Shown here: positions 11,401 through 22,800 of the stretch, piece after piece | How positions within the stretch are numbered: position 1 is the stretch's first letter | Layout: each line of letters starts with the position of its first letter | The notes under the pieces: generated by a model | Told to the model about the DNA's origin: nothing | What the model saw: only the letters and a program-made list of their open reading frames with translations | The model's database searches: none | From: Hydrurus foetidus | Taxonomy: Eukaryota | Reading direction: 5' to 3' | NCBI GenBank assembly: GCA_900617105.1 | Contig: UYFQ01000056.1 | Span: forward strand, 1-64,000 | Length of the DNA: 64,000 bases | Program-made: the position numbers and the translations under genes

Positions 11401-14293
11401 TATTGGACCACCATTCGGGTCATACTGCCAAGTCACCGGGAGGGTGCTTAGCAACAACATGGATCCAAGAACCATTGGATGCCTATACCTAGAACCAAAG
11501 ATGAATGGGACAGGCACTCATTCCTTTATGCGCATCGACACTAGGAGCGTCATATCGGCCAACCACTATGTGGTGCTACCGATACCACCACTCGTCACCA
11601 CCACTGTAAATGGGTGGGCATCGAAGAACAGAATACATACATCGAAAGAACCAATATTCACTTTCCATGATAAAGACATCACAGGAGATATCGACGATGA
11701 TATTGTCACAATGGATTCACCTTCAATACCGGTACCAACAATCCCGTTTCAGTGTTCCCGGATGAAACCGACACGCCTCATACCATGATGGAACCTCAAA
11801 TTGCTCAAGACCAAATTGAGATTCGGGGTGAAATGGAATCGGCGGGTGCTGAAAATACTAGTAATCTGACTTCCGACGAAGTATCCGGGCCAGAAACTAC
11901 ATTTGAAGCGGTACCGGAGGAGCAACCAGAGGCACCACCTACCACCGCAGTACGTACGTACATACCTAGTGCACCAGTTGAATTGCGTGAGAAGTCGACG
12001 AGAATTCGAAAGCCACCAGACAGACTCAACTTAGTAGCTGACAAACTACCTATTCCAGCGCAGAAAGAAGGAATTAGGGGTGACTGGTCACTTATGACAG
12101 TTACCCGGGCACTGAAACTTTTCCCGGATAAGGCTACCGCAGCCATTGAGTCAGAGGTCAAATCACTACTGGCAAAGGGGACATTTTCAGGAGTCCACAT
12201 GGAACAACTCACACCTACTCAGACAAAGAAGATCCTCCGTTCGAACATGAATGTTGTGGAGAAATACCTTCCAACACTAAACTCGAATGGCGATCGCCAA
12301 ATCGACAAGGTCAAGGCGCGCTTCTGTGTGGATGGGCGTGCACAAGTCAGAGAGGACTATGCTGCAGATGAAGTTGAGTCACCAACAGCGAGCATAGCTG
12401 CTATATTTACAGTTGCACAGATTGCTGCTGCGGAAAACCGTTTCATCATGGTCGGGGACGTTGGGTCCGCGTACCTCAACGCCAACATGCCTATGGATAA
12501 ACCGGATAAAATCCTTCATATGTATATCGATAAGAATGTGACCGACGCCATCATCAAACAAGACAAATCTTTTGCGCCCTTCAGAAGACACAATGGAGGG
12601 TTGGTGGTGAGACTGGACAAAGCACTATACGGGTGTATTGAGTCTGCTAAACTATGGTACAACGAGATAGCCGGAACCCTACGGTCAAATGGTTTCACGG
12701 CTAACCCGCGCGATATTTGCGTCTTCAACAAGGACGTCAAAGGCAACCAATTTACGATCCTAGTCTACGTAGACGATCTAAAGATGACATGCGTGGACAA
12801 GAAAGCGGTTCTTGACATGGAAAAGATTTTGCTGAAAACGTACGGCCAATTCCGTACCACCCAAGAGCGCGTTCTACCGTACCTAGGTTGCATGTGGGAT
12901 TACACTGAGCCTAGATTTGTAAAGGTAACACAGATCGGGATGATCCAAGATTTGATATCATCAAGGGAAAAAAGCCATGCCGAACGCGGTATGAAGCTCA
13001 TCGGAGACCCATCATCACCGGGTGCCCCACACCTATTTGAGCGGACCTTGGACTGCAAATTCCTGAATGAGAAAGACGCTAAAACCTTTCACACCGACGT
13101 TGCTACGGCGCTATACCTGGGGAACCGAACACGCCCAGACATTGTATTAGTGTTGGGTGAACTGTGCAAACGTGTAAAGGCACCGACAACAGAAGACGAC
13201 AAGAAACTCGATAGGCTCATATGCTATCTGAGGGCTACTAGAGACAAGCCATTACGACTCGGTTGCACTTTGCCAATGACAGTCACAGTATCAATTGATG
13301 CTGCATTTGCTAACAGAGAGCAAATGAAATCAACCTCAGGAATGTGTGTCACATTAGGGGTGGGAATTTTATTTCGAGTTCCAAGGTCCAGAAGCTGAAT
13401 TCCAAGTCAAGTACGGAGTCCGAGATCATTGCGGTTTCCGACGGAATGAACATTCCGCTATGGCTTGCTGGTTTTATTGCATACCAAGGACATGGAAAAC
13501 ACCCAGTGAGGCTGGAACAAGACAATCAGTCATGCATCGCGCTGCTGAAAAAGGTCGGTCTACCGCAGAGACCACCCGGTTTATTGAGGTACGACAATTC
13601 TGGATCTCAGACTACATCCGTATCGGTGCCGTAAACATTGTCTACGTGCCCACCGAGGATATGACATCCGATTACTACACCAAGCCACTACAAGGAACGA
13701 TTTTTTTCAAGTTGGTGAAGAAAATTCTAGGAAATTAAGTACTTCACATTATTGACTTACAGTTGAGCTATTTTTTAAAACTTTTATTAGCAACAAAACT
13801 TGTATGATCACTATAGCTTACCATAGTTACAAACACGATTTATGATTACATTTCTATGAAGAAATATGAATATGCCGCCTGAATGCTTGTGACATTAGGG
13901 GTGTGTTGGATATAGCATAGCTATCCCTATGGGGACAATCCCTTTGGGGAATTCCCTTTGGGTAATATCACTCAAGCCCAAGTGGAGGAGCGAGGGTAGC
14001 GCTCACAGACCCGAGACCATCACTCAAACTGTACTGAAAGTTGCAACTGATGATGACAGTGAACAGCCAACTGTAGCTAGTATAGCTAGCCATGAACTGC
14101 TATGTTTTGACACAATGAGCACTTCTAATTTAAAGAGACTATATGGCTGTGTGCCATTATACCTACACTAGAGTGAGCTGTTGAAGCGACCTTGGTCGAC
14201 TAGCTGAAAGCAAAGTGTGTTCTGAACGAATCACTGCTATCATCCAGGTGCTTTGACTGGATCCAGGATCCAAAAGACAGCCTTATTCCAAGA
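8427..14293 (+). mobile_element. Ty1/Copia LTR retrotransposon (Copia-B, copy 1), full length but defective
   Basis: LTRs 8427-8817 and 13904-14293 are identical except one G-run. Perfect TSD CCACC (8422-8426, 14294-14298). PPT-like TAGGGGTG before the 3' LTR. Confidence 0.97.
8845..13738 (+). pseudogene. Copia-B copy 1 gag-pol, disrupted
   Basis: Relative to copy 2: TAC>TAA at 9079-9081, a 22-bp deletion at ~11751, and single-base losses in homopolymers at ~10607, ~13363 and ~13550. Confidence 0.9.
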
Positions 14294-14353
14294 CCACCCC
14301 CTGGATTCTCAAGTTCTGGGTTCGATCCTCAAGAAGAGAAGAAGTTTCAAGTT

Positions 14354-17300
14354 CTTGGTCCCCTACGGTATTTTGGCACCCTGTCACAACTTTTTTCGCT
14401 GATCGAATCACAAAAATCTGATTGGTGCATTCGATTCGCATGGTCAAGATTAGTCTATTGTATGATTCACAAAAATCAAATTTGAAAATTTTTCATTAGT
14501 TAAAGTCTTAAATGCAATAATTCATCGTTCTGACATTATATACGGAAACTCAGCTACACGGAAACTGTTACCGTTAGCTTTTACGGTATAATCCCATCCT
14601 TCGAGCTCGTAAACATCTCACTCGACAACATTCTATCTCCCACCAGAAGTCAACCAATTCAAGATCTGTGGAGATTCCTGACATCACGTCGTTGTCAGGA
14701 AGACTCGTTTTAGTAGGTAACCTGCTCAATAGCCACGAATTTGCATTCGTTGACTAATTTATCTCGATGAGATTTATGGAGGACCTCATGAATTTTTTTC
14801 CTCTTGGTTGACTCTCTTATCCATAGATTTTGGTGTCCCCCTTCTGGATAAAGTGCCTGAGGTCAGCGATCAAGAACAATATCGATCCTAATCTTGCGTG
14901 GGAGGTCAGAAATTCTGTTGACTGTCCTCTGTGATCGTTCAAATCTCATCAAAATTAATTGGCTAAATTTGTATGCACCAATCTGTATAATTAGAATTGG
15001 TCGCAACCTTTTTGCGAGTGATATGCTGTCGCGACTTTTAGAGATTCTCCTGATTCAGTTATGCTGAAATCGGCTCCTGTTGATTTTGGAGCTACTTTTT
15101 CCCTGACCTTTTTTTTTTACACGTTGTTCATGCCTCAGGTGCCGATCAGAAAACGCGATGAAGGATCGTAAAGGCGAAAGGAATCGTGGTTCTTCATCAG
15201 ATTATGACTGGAATATTTTGTCTCCGGAAACTTCTCTCTCAGTCGGATGAAACGGAGGATTAGTATTCTGTAAATCGATAGACTCCACGGAAAGAAAAGT
15301 TCTACAGAAGCTAGGGAGCCGAATTCTTTTATTTACACCACACTGATAACTAAGTAGACGAGAAAATTACGAGCAACGCATTTGAAGTGCCGATTTTGCT
15401 TCTCTCCCTGACCATAGCCGCTTGCGCGTAGGACGTGCCTCTCACACTGGTTTATATTCAGCCGGGTAAGCCGTACATACCGGAACCGGTATAATGACAT
15501 AGTGTACACCGCATCATACTACAGATCACTAAACTGCAATGACATCACTTAGCTCAAACATCATGCAAACCAAAGAATCTTTCGTCTCTGCGTTGCCTTT
15601 CGATGCCTTACGAATTTTTTCACACATACCCAAATCTCCCGCATGGATTTGAAGTAGATACGCTCTCAAGTTTGGAATGGACATGCTCATTGCGTTTTTT
15701 ACTTCTTTAGACATCTTGGCTACGGGCAATACTATCGTAGGCTCCAAACTATTTTCTTTCCAGTAAGTGACGAGTAAGTATATTAATGTGCCTGATGCGA
15801 CACTATTTTCGCCTTTAGTCATCGTAGTGATTTCTTTGCATTTATCCTTATCACTCGCATAGATTACCTTCAGCATTTTTCGGAGTGCATCTGTTTTCAT
15901 ACTTTTTGCTCCCTCTTCATATTTGTCCATTTCAGGAGCAGGAAGATTGTCCCACTTATTTATCTTTGCGTTAGTCGATTCTTTGACGGACTGGAGCAAC
16001 GCGCGACCATCAATCTTCACTACCCCTTTAGGTGCGTTCGCTTTCATTTCCAATATAGTGTGAGGCAAGGAGTGTTTAAGTTCATCAATTTTCTTGCCTT
16101 TCTCTCTCATCTCGGTGACCGTTGGTAGACTAATCTTACCGTCCACCCTCACACTATCACTGAGCGTAACTCCATAGCTACATAAGCTGCTTAAATAGTG
16201 ACTCTGATTCATGCAACTTCTGAACATATGTTTTCTTTTTTTTTGGAAACAGACTGAGCTTCCTTGAAATCCCGCATCTCACGGATGATGAAACCCTTCA
16301 CAGACGAGGCATGGTTCATGTTCTTAGAGTTTGTCCCCGCAGTCTGGTTCTCTCTGATCTGTGTGGCTGCGAGGGAAAATGTCTGCTCGACTGGGGTGCC
16401 TGTCATGCACCTTGCTTGAAAATGGACGGTAAGGGTATCTCCTACCGCGGGAAAGTACTCCCTAAAAATGTCCCAGTACGTACTGTCCATATGTACGTGC
16501 TCTTTCCAGTTGGTGTGATCTGCATTAAGATGAACTAATAAATCGCCTTTCGACAATTTCACAAGATCTCTAATAATTTTTTTGTTCCTAAGACCATAAG
16601 CATCTACAATTCCCTCAATGATGTCGATGGGTGCGTGGAGAAAACCATCTATTATCAATTTTTCGTATTGAGCTATAGGAATTGTAGGTGCTGCATAAAG
16701 ATGAGAATCCAATTTCCATTTCAAACCCTCTACTTTTGCATCGAACATGGTGGCTTCTTTTCCTTTGTTACTTTCTCCTTCATCATCACCTTTATCATCC
16801 TCTTCATTATCATTACTATTCATTTCATCAGTAACCGACTTCTCATCATTACTTTCCCCATCATCACTGTCACTGTCACTTTCACTTTCGCAGGGATTCA
16901 AATCAGCGAAGGGCAACTGGTTTTCTACCACCGGAATTGGTACATCTGGTTGAACTTGTTCCTCTTCTATGATACCCAAGAGCATCAAAGCCTTGAGTAT
17001 AGAAGCCGCTGCTCGTGGTCCTACGTGGGGATCCACAACCTGGAGTATACTCCAACCTGGACGCAATGCTGGATAAAAGAAATACTTCAACGCTATAGGT
17101 AACACCTGACTGGTAGCCTCCTTCATAAGATTGTTGATAAATACTATGGCATTATCCTTATTATCAACAAGGTCAATTGCCTCAGCCCGCTTTGCCTCTT
17201 TATCCAAGTACTGTTTTGTGTCTGGTAGCAGTCTCTCCCAATCAGTTGATAGTAAGTAAATTTGCTCCAAAAATGATCTGTCAAATCTCACTCCTTCAAT

Positions 17301-19712
17301 AGATCTTGTACTGGAACATTTGGGGATCTCACCTATCTGCGAGGGTTTGTCGCAAAATGAAGCCCAAGCAAGATGAAGTGGATACAGCGAGGTAACTATC
17401 ATGATTATCATCCTCTGATATGAGCTACCGAGGAACCCCAAGACTTTCAGACAACCGACAGCCCCTTCTGATTTTTTCCCCCCAGGGCAGTGATTCGCCA
17501 GGTAAAGAAATGCTAACATTATATGGGACAGCTCATCGCTGTCGATACACGTGCAATAGCTTTCTGCAGTAAGCCAACTTTCTGATTCTACCCCACCCAA
17601 TGAGTGACGAACATATTCAATGAATTGTGGTGAAGCTGGTACTGAAAGTACTTTCCTCAAATTATCGCATGTCCTCTCAGTAGATAGCCATCGGGTAGCA
17701 TTTACTAAACCAATTAGATTTCTTATCTCAGTATCTGCTGTGTTGTATTTGCTTACATCACCCCCTAGGGACTGAACAATTAAGGCGTCCATCATGTTCT
17801 TGTATTTTTTCCAATAGTACTGCATTCGATAGAGATTTTGTGCTGTCGTCATATCATACGATAATCCTTGACTACCCATTAAAGAATGTAATACATGAGC
17901 TAATACTCTTTCGATATTGTGCATTTCACATGATCTAACACAGGCTTGTCGGAACTTGCCTCCATAGGTGTATACTAAGCCAGGTACAATTTTGCTCGGT
18001 CTTTGAAGAACGTGAGGTGATGTCGTGTACAGCTCTAGTGCTAGTTGATCAATGTGTTTCAGTACCAGTACTGCCTCCTCTACAGCTGCTCCGAAAGCGT
18101 CTGTTGTTATCCCCATTATCCACACCATTCCGATTCCTAATTCTTTCTGCAAGCTTTCTATTGTTAATTTGGAACTCCCTTCTGCTTTCTTCGTCACAGT
18201 CGTGTCCAACCGCAAAGCCATCTGTCGGACAATACCATCGAAGCTCACATAAGTCACGACCTTTCCCACACAGCCCTTGCCGCGCTTATTAGAAGCATCT
18301 AATATTAGATACGAGTACAGTATTCTATTCTCTGATTCCCGGTCAGTGAATCGTTTCGCAATATCGATTGACACTATGAGTGCTGTTCTCTCTGTAGCCA
18401 ATGCATATGTGTTATGTGACTTAACAATGCTTGCGTAGTGAGCCTGTGATATATTCCCAAACAACAGGAATAGTACTGTTCCTACTACTAATGGGAGTTT
18501 TTCAACTGATACTCCACAATTCGATATCAAGTCTTGCAGCATCAAGCCACTTACTATAGACATGCATTCTTCACCGTTTATAATTTCAGTGTAGGCCCCC
18601 CCCTCTTTGACTAGCTCAACTATTTTCTCTCCTACAGTTTTCTCAATTTCTTTTTGTTTTTCATTACTGTTATTTGATTTGTAGTAATCTACTTGCATTC
18701 TCAAATTTTTGACAGTTCTTTGATGATCCTCTATATCAAACTCTGGTCTACCGCGCTTACTTTTGATCACCACGTCAGTCACCATGTCAGTCTCCACAGG
18801 ATTGTTAGGAGTGTCGAAACAGTGAATCGTTTTGATAGTGCTTTTTACTGCTGATGTGCAGGTGTCCTTCTTAGCAGAGTCCTTGTCACAATCAGAGAAG
18901 TAGTACTGAATCAAAGCTTCTTGGAGATTAATTATTTCGCTCCGGTAACAATCAGTTGTATCCCCAACACAGACTGGTGAAAGCAGCTTCACTTGGTAGC
19001 CTTTCTGAAACCGAAAAGGTCCATCAAAGATGACATCAAATTTGGAGCATGATCTGTTGAACACAACTTTTCCCGGCAGTAAATGAATGAGTCCATCACG
19101 AAGTCTTTGGTTGGCTAAAGCCCTCTTTAAAGTATCAGTGTCGACATAGAGAGTCGACAATTGGCCATTGGGGAGTTCTCCGACTTGATCAGAAATCATC
19201 TGAGCACTGTAAAAGTGGTTACAGTTCACTGGTGCAAATCTATAGACCATTATAGACAGTGCCTTTGAGCACGCCTTCACTTCTCGGTCAACCAGAATTT
19301 GGGGGGAGAAATTGCTCATTCTAGCCTACACCATAGGTGGATATTTTGATAGATATGTCAGTCTACTAGGTTATAGAGACTATTTCATCAAAAATATCCA
19401 CCTGAGCAAGATTCCTTTCACCTCAATTTGCAAGAGTTACCTTTTTCGAGCACCTCCTTTGAGAAAATCAATAAAAAAAGCGAGTCGATCAGTTGCAATG
19501 GTATTGCAGATCTGTGCCGATTAGATGCTCGCAAAAACTTTGGCTGACTCAGATAAGCTGCCTAGGGAATGTTGATTCGTCATTTTGCAACGTACTGCAC
19601 CTTCCTTCTAAGTCGAGGTGACATTTCATAGGAAAATCGCAAGGTTGAGTGGCGGTTCCATTTCCGTGAAAACATTAATGTCAGACAAAAAATGCCACCG
19701 TAGGGGACCAAG
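14354..19712 (-). mobile_element. hAT-like DNA transposon with 16-bp TIRs and a 5-bp TSD
   Basis: CTTGGTCCCCTACGGT at 14354 and its exact reverse complement ending at 19712. AAGTT on both sides (14349-14353, 19713-19717). Encloses the transposase ORF. Confidence 0.9.
15529..19319 (-). CDS. hAT-like DDE transposase (1036-aa ORF plus a C-terminal ORF joined across an A9 run at ~16240)
   Basis: Motifs in hAT order: LILDAS (D), GITTDA (D), CEMH (CxxH), ATRWLS (RW), PVEQTFS (E). One added A in the run fuses ORF 15529-16227. Confidence 0.75.
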
Positions 19713-19885
19713 AAGTTCTGCTGACCAGTTGGATTGACCCGCTGTTATCAAAATATTTGAAGTATCTAAGACATCATCGAAACTGCTTCTCCAGCAGATG
19801 ATGAAATGGAACAAAGACCGTCGCAAAAGCTGTTGTGAAGGGATCAAATCCTCGTCCTTACTTGTTTCCTTCGCGCCAGCAAAGG

Positions 19886-22800
19886 ATGTTGAAAACACCT
19901 GTGCATGTCGAGGCCCAAATAAGGGATGACTGCATGATGAAGCGAGAGGACATCGAGAATCTGCTGATGGAAAGACTCCAATCCTCATTTCCAGTATTTC
20001 AAAATGGGCCCCTCGAATTCGGGTGCAATGATTCTATTCATCAGCTCTGCGAGCATATTCAAGTCAGCGACATGGACGATGGCAAAGTGATATCCTTCTG
20101 GCAGGCCAATTTGTGCGTTCATCCATTCCGCCTGTCTGACCAGGAACCGGAGGTAATTGCAAATCTATCATGGTGACCGATGTTACTCTCAGGATAGTAA
20201 GCTACCGTGTCGTAAAACTTGTTGGACGTAGAAAACCTGAGAAATTTCTAGAGAGAAGTTGTTGCATCGAAGGGCGGTAAATTCAGTAAACGTCTAGTTC
20301 TGCACAACATAATACCACTGACGTTGCCCTGATGACGTTCAATTTGTAGAAAGATTTTATTGATGGCGAAGATGAGTTGCCAGCAGCAGAACAATGGGAA
20401 TTACCAAACAGGTAATCTTCTGTCTTCGGAATTTCTTCATGATTCGTGTAGTTACGCAATAATATTCAATGTAAGTCCAGCAAATGGCGCTTCGTACCGC
20501 TGAGAAATATTTTTATTAGTCATATCAGAAGCACTCAATAATTTGTTTTGTTGTGAGAGACATCGGGAAGGATTATTAATTTTATTTTTGGTTGTCCTAA
20601 TCACTCCTTAAAGGTGAAATTTATGCGGAATTCTCATTTTGAATGCTGAGAACTAATGTCAATTTGGTGCAAAAAATGATGATGCCTTTAATATAGGGAC
20701 TGAGTGATATTGATTAAGAATGAATCAGAATTAAATGCCTGCAGTAACACATGCCGAAGTAAAGTTTGAAGTTTGATACGATCATATTTTTTAGTACTGA
20801 AGAAAGTCTTACAGGACTGAGGAGAATTCAAATTATTTTTCCCGCTTCTTGATGAAATAGAAAATAGTTTGGTGAAATATCGATAACATAGACTTATTTA
20901 CGAAGGTATTTAAACAATGAAATAGTACTGAGTTCACGTAATACGGTATAACAAACGGTTTAATACGATACTACGATTCCGGAATAAAATGAACCTCTCT
21001 GAAAAGCCAAAATTTCAGAATTTGCTGGGGCGCCACTTCCCACACCATACTATATTAAATCATCAAAAACAGAAAATTAGTATGGTGTGGGGAGTGGCGC
21101 CCCAGCAAATTCTAATTTTTTTGGCTTTTTGGAAAGGTTCATTTTATTCCGGGATCGTGATAGACATTGAACAGTAAACTGAAATACTGTCAGAGGGTTG
21201 AGGGGAAGAAGAGGGAGGGTGGATGGGACGGGCTTATTTCTTATTTTCAACTTCTCACCGTACTGACTCTTTCCTTTTCTTGTACGTGACTGACAGGTTG
21301 CTTTGCGGATTATGGGAATCTATTATAGTAGAGCACTCAGTCAAACAAAGACTACTAGGTAGAATAAAGTCACAGTGAATTTTCTTATTATCTCTTATTT
21401 TAATGCGATATTGAAGAGAAAAGAGAGAATTCGCATCTCGAAACTTGCGCGTGAAAACTATGCATTGCTACGAGATGAAATAGATCAGTACACCTCTTTC
21501 AAATTATGCAAAAACTTCAGTAATCTTCATATTTTCGTCTGTCAAAAGTTCAATTAAACTGCCTCACTTCTTGGGAAGCTGATTTGCTACGTTCCCTAAT
21601 CTTCCTCTGCTCAAGCCCTTTCTTTCTCTCTTTTCTTTTCTTCTTTTCTCTCCTTCCTTTTCTTTCCTTTCTTTTCTCTCCTTTCTTTTCTTTCCTTTTC
21701 TTCTTTTCTCTTCTCTTTTTCTCTCCTCTTTTCTCTTCCAATAGAGTATGTTTTTTGTCAATACTTCCTACCTATCTGACGCATCTTAATTTGTTCTCCG
21801 AAACAAATCTTAATAACATAGCAGTTCAGCTTGATATATAGCATCGCATCGTATGATACTGTTTCGCATGATCTTGTATCACATTATACTACTCTGCATT
21901 GCACGATTTCACATCTGATAATATGAGATGATGTGATAATACACAATATGGCACACAATAAAAAATAAATTAACGCCACACTTTCACCACAACGTGACAC
22001 TTTCATCACAACGCGACACTTTCATCACGACCCTACACTTTCATCACAACGCTACACTTTAGGGTATTGCAGTACGTCTCTTCAATTTTCGAATGCTAAA
22101 GTGGACTCTACTGTTATCTCGTGGAACCGTATGGTGCTCTTACACGGACCACCAGGTAGACCCTGGACCTATACCTGGAATCAGTATAATAGATTTAGTA
22201 AGATTCCGTAGATAAGCAGAATTCAGTTATTCTTTTTTAGATCTTTATTTACAAAATAATCTAAAGTATACAGAATGGACAAAAAGATGAGTCAATAAAT
22301 TGAGGATAGAGATACGGATCAGACGTAATTGCTTTTGTCTTAATTTTATTCGATGCGATTATTGCTTCATTCCGCTTTAAAGGAAAGGTATTGAAAATTA
22401 AAAGCATGATATCCTTACGCAAAAAAATCCACATATACAATAATATTGTTTAAATGTCCCCTATAATATCTCTTATGTAATCCGTTATATATATTTTAAA
22501 TCATATTAAAATTAGGGACCGGTAAAACTACTATATGTAAAGCATTGGCCCAGAAAGTGTACATACGTAACAGCGCACGCTACACCTCCGGGGTGTTGCT
22601 GGAAGTGAACTCCCATTCTCTCTTTTCAAAATGGTTCTCAGAATCAGGTGAGATACAGTAGCATACGGTAAGATCCGGTTTGATTCAGTAGGGTACGGTG
22701 GGATATGGATGGATTCTGTAGGATACAAAAATTAATCGGAAAATTTCTTTTAAAGAGCTATCTAACTATCTTACTTCTTCATGATAAAGAAAATTTAATT

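Noticed and set aside
14382..14388. TGTCACA as the outer end of the Gypsy-A LTR, with both Copias nested inside that LTR
   Set aside because: It lies inside the hAT-like TIR boundary (14354). TGTAGTC...GGCTACA at 2527-2800 gives a self-consistent LTR.
19626..19988. Minus-strand ORF with an AGQSN (SGNH-like) motif
   Set aside because: It overlaps PCH2 exon 1 in antisense and runs into the transposon TIR; no other hydrolase motifs.
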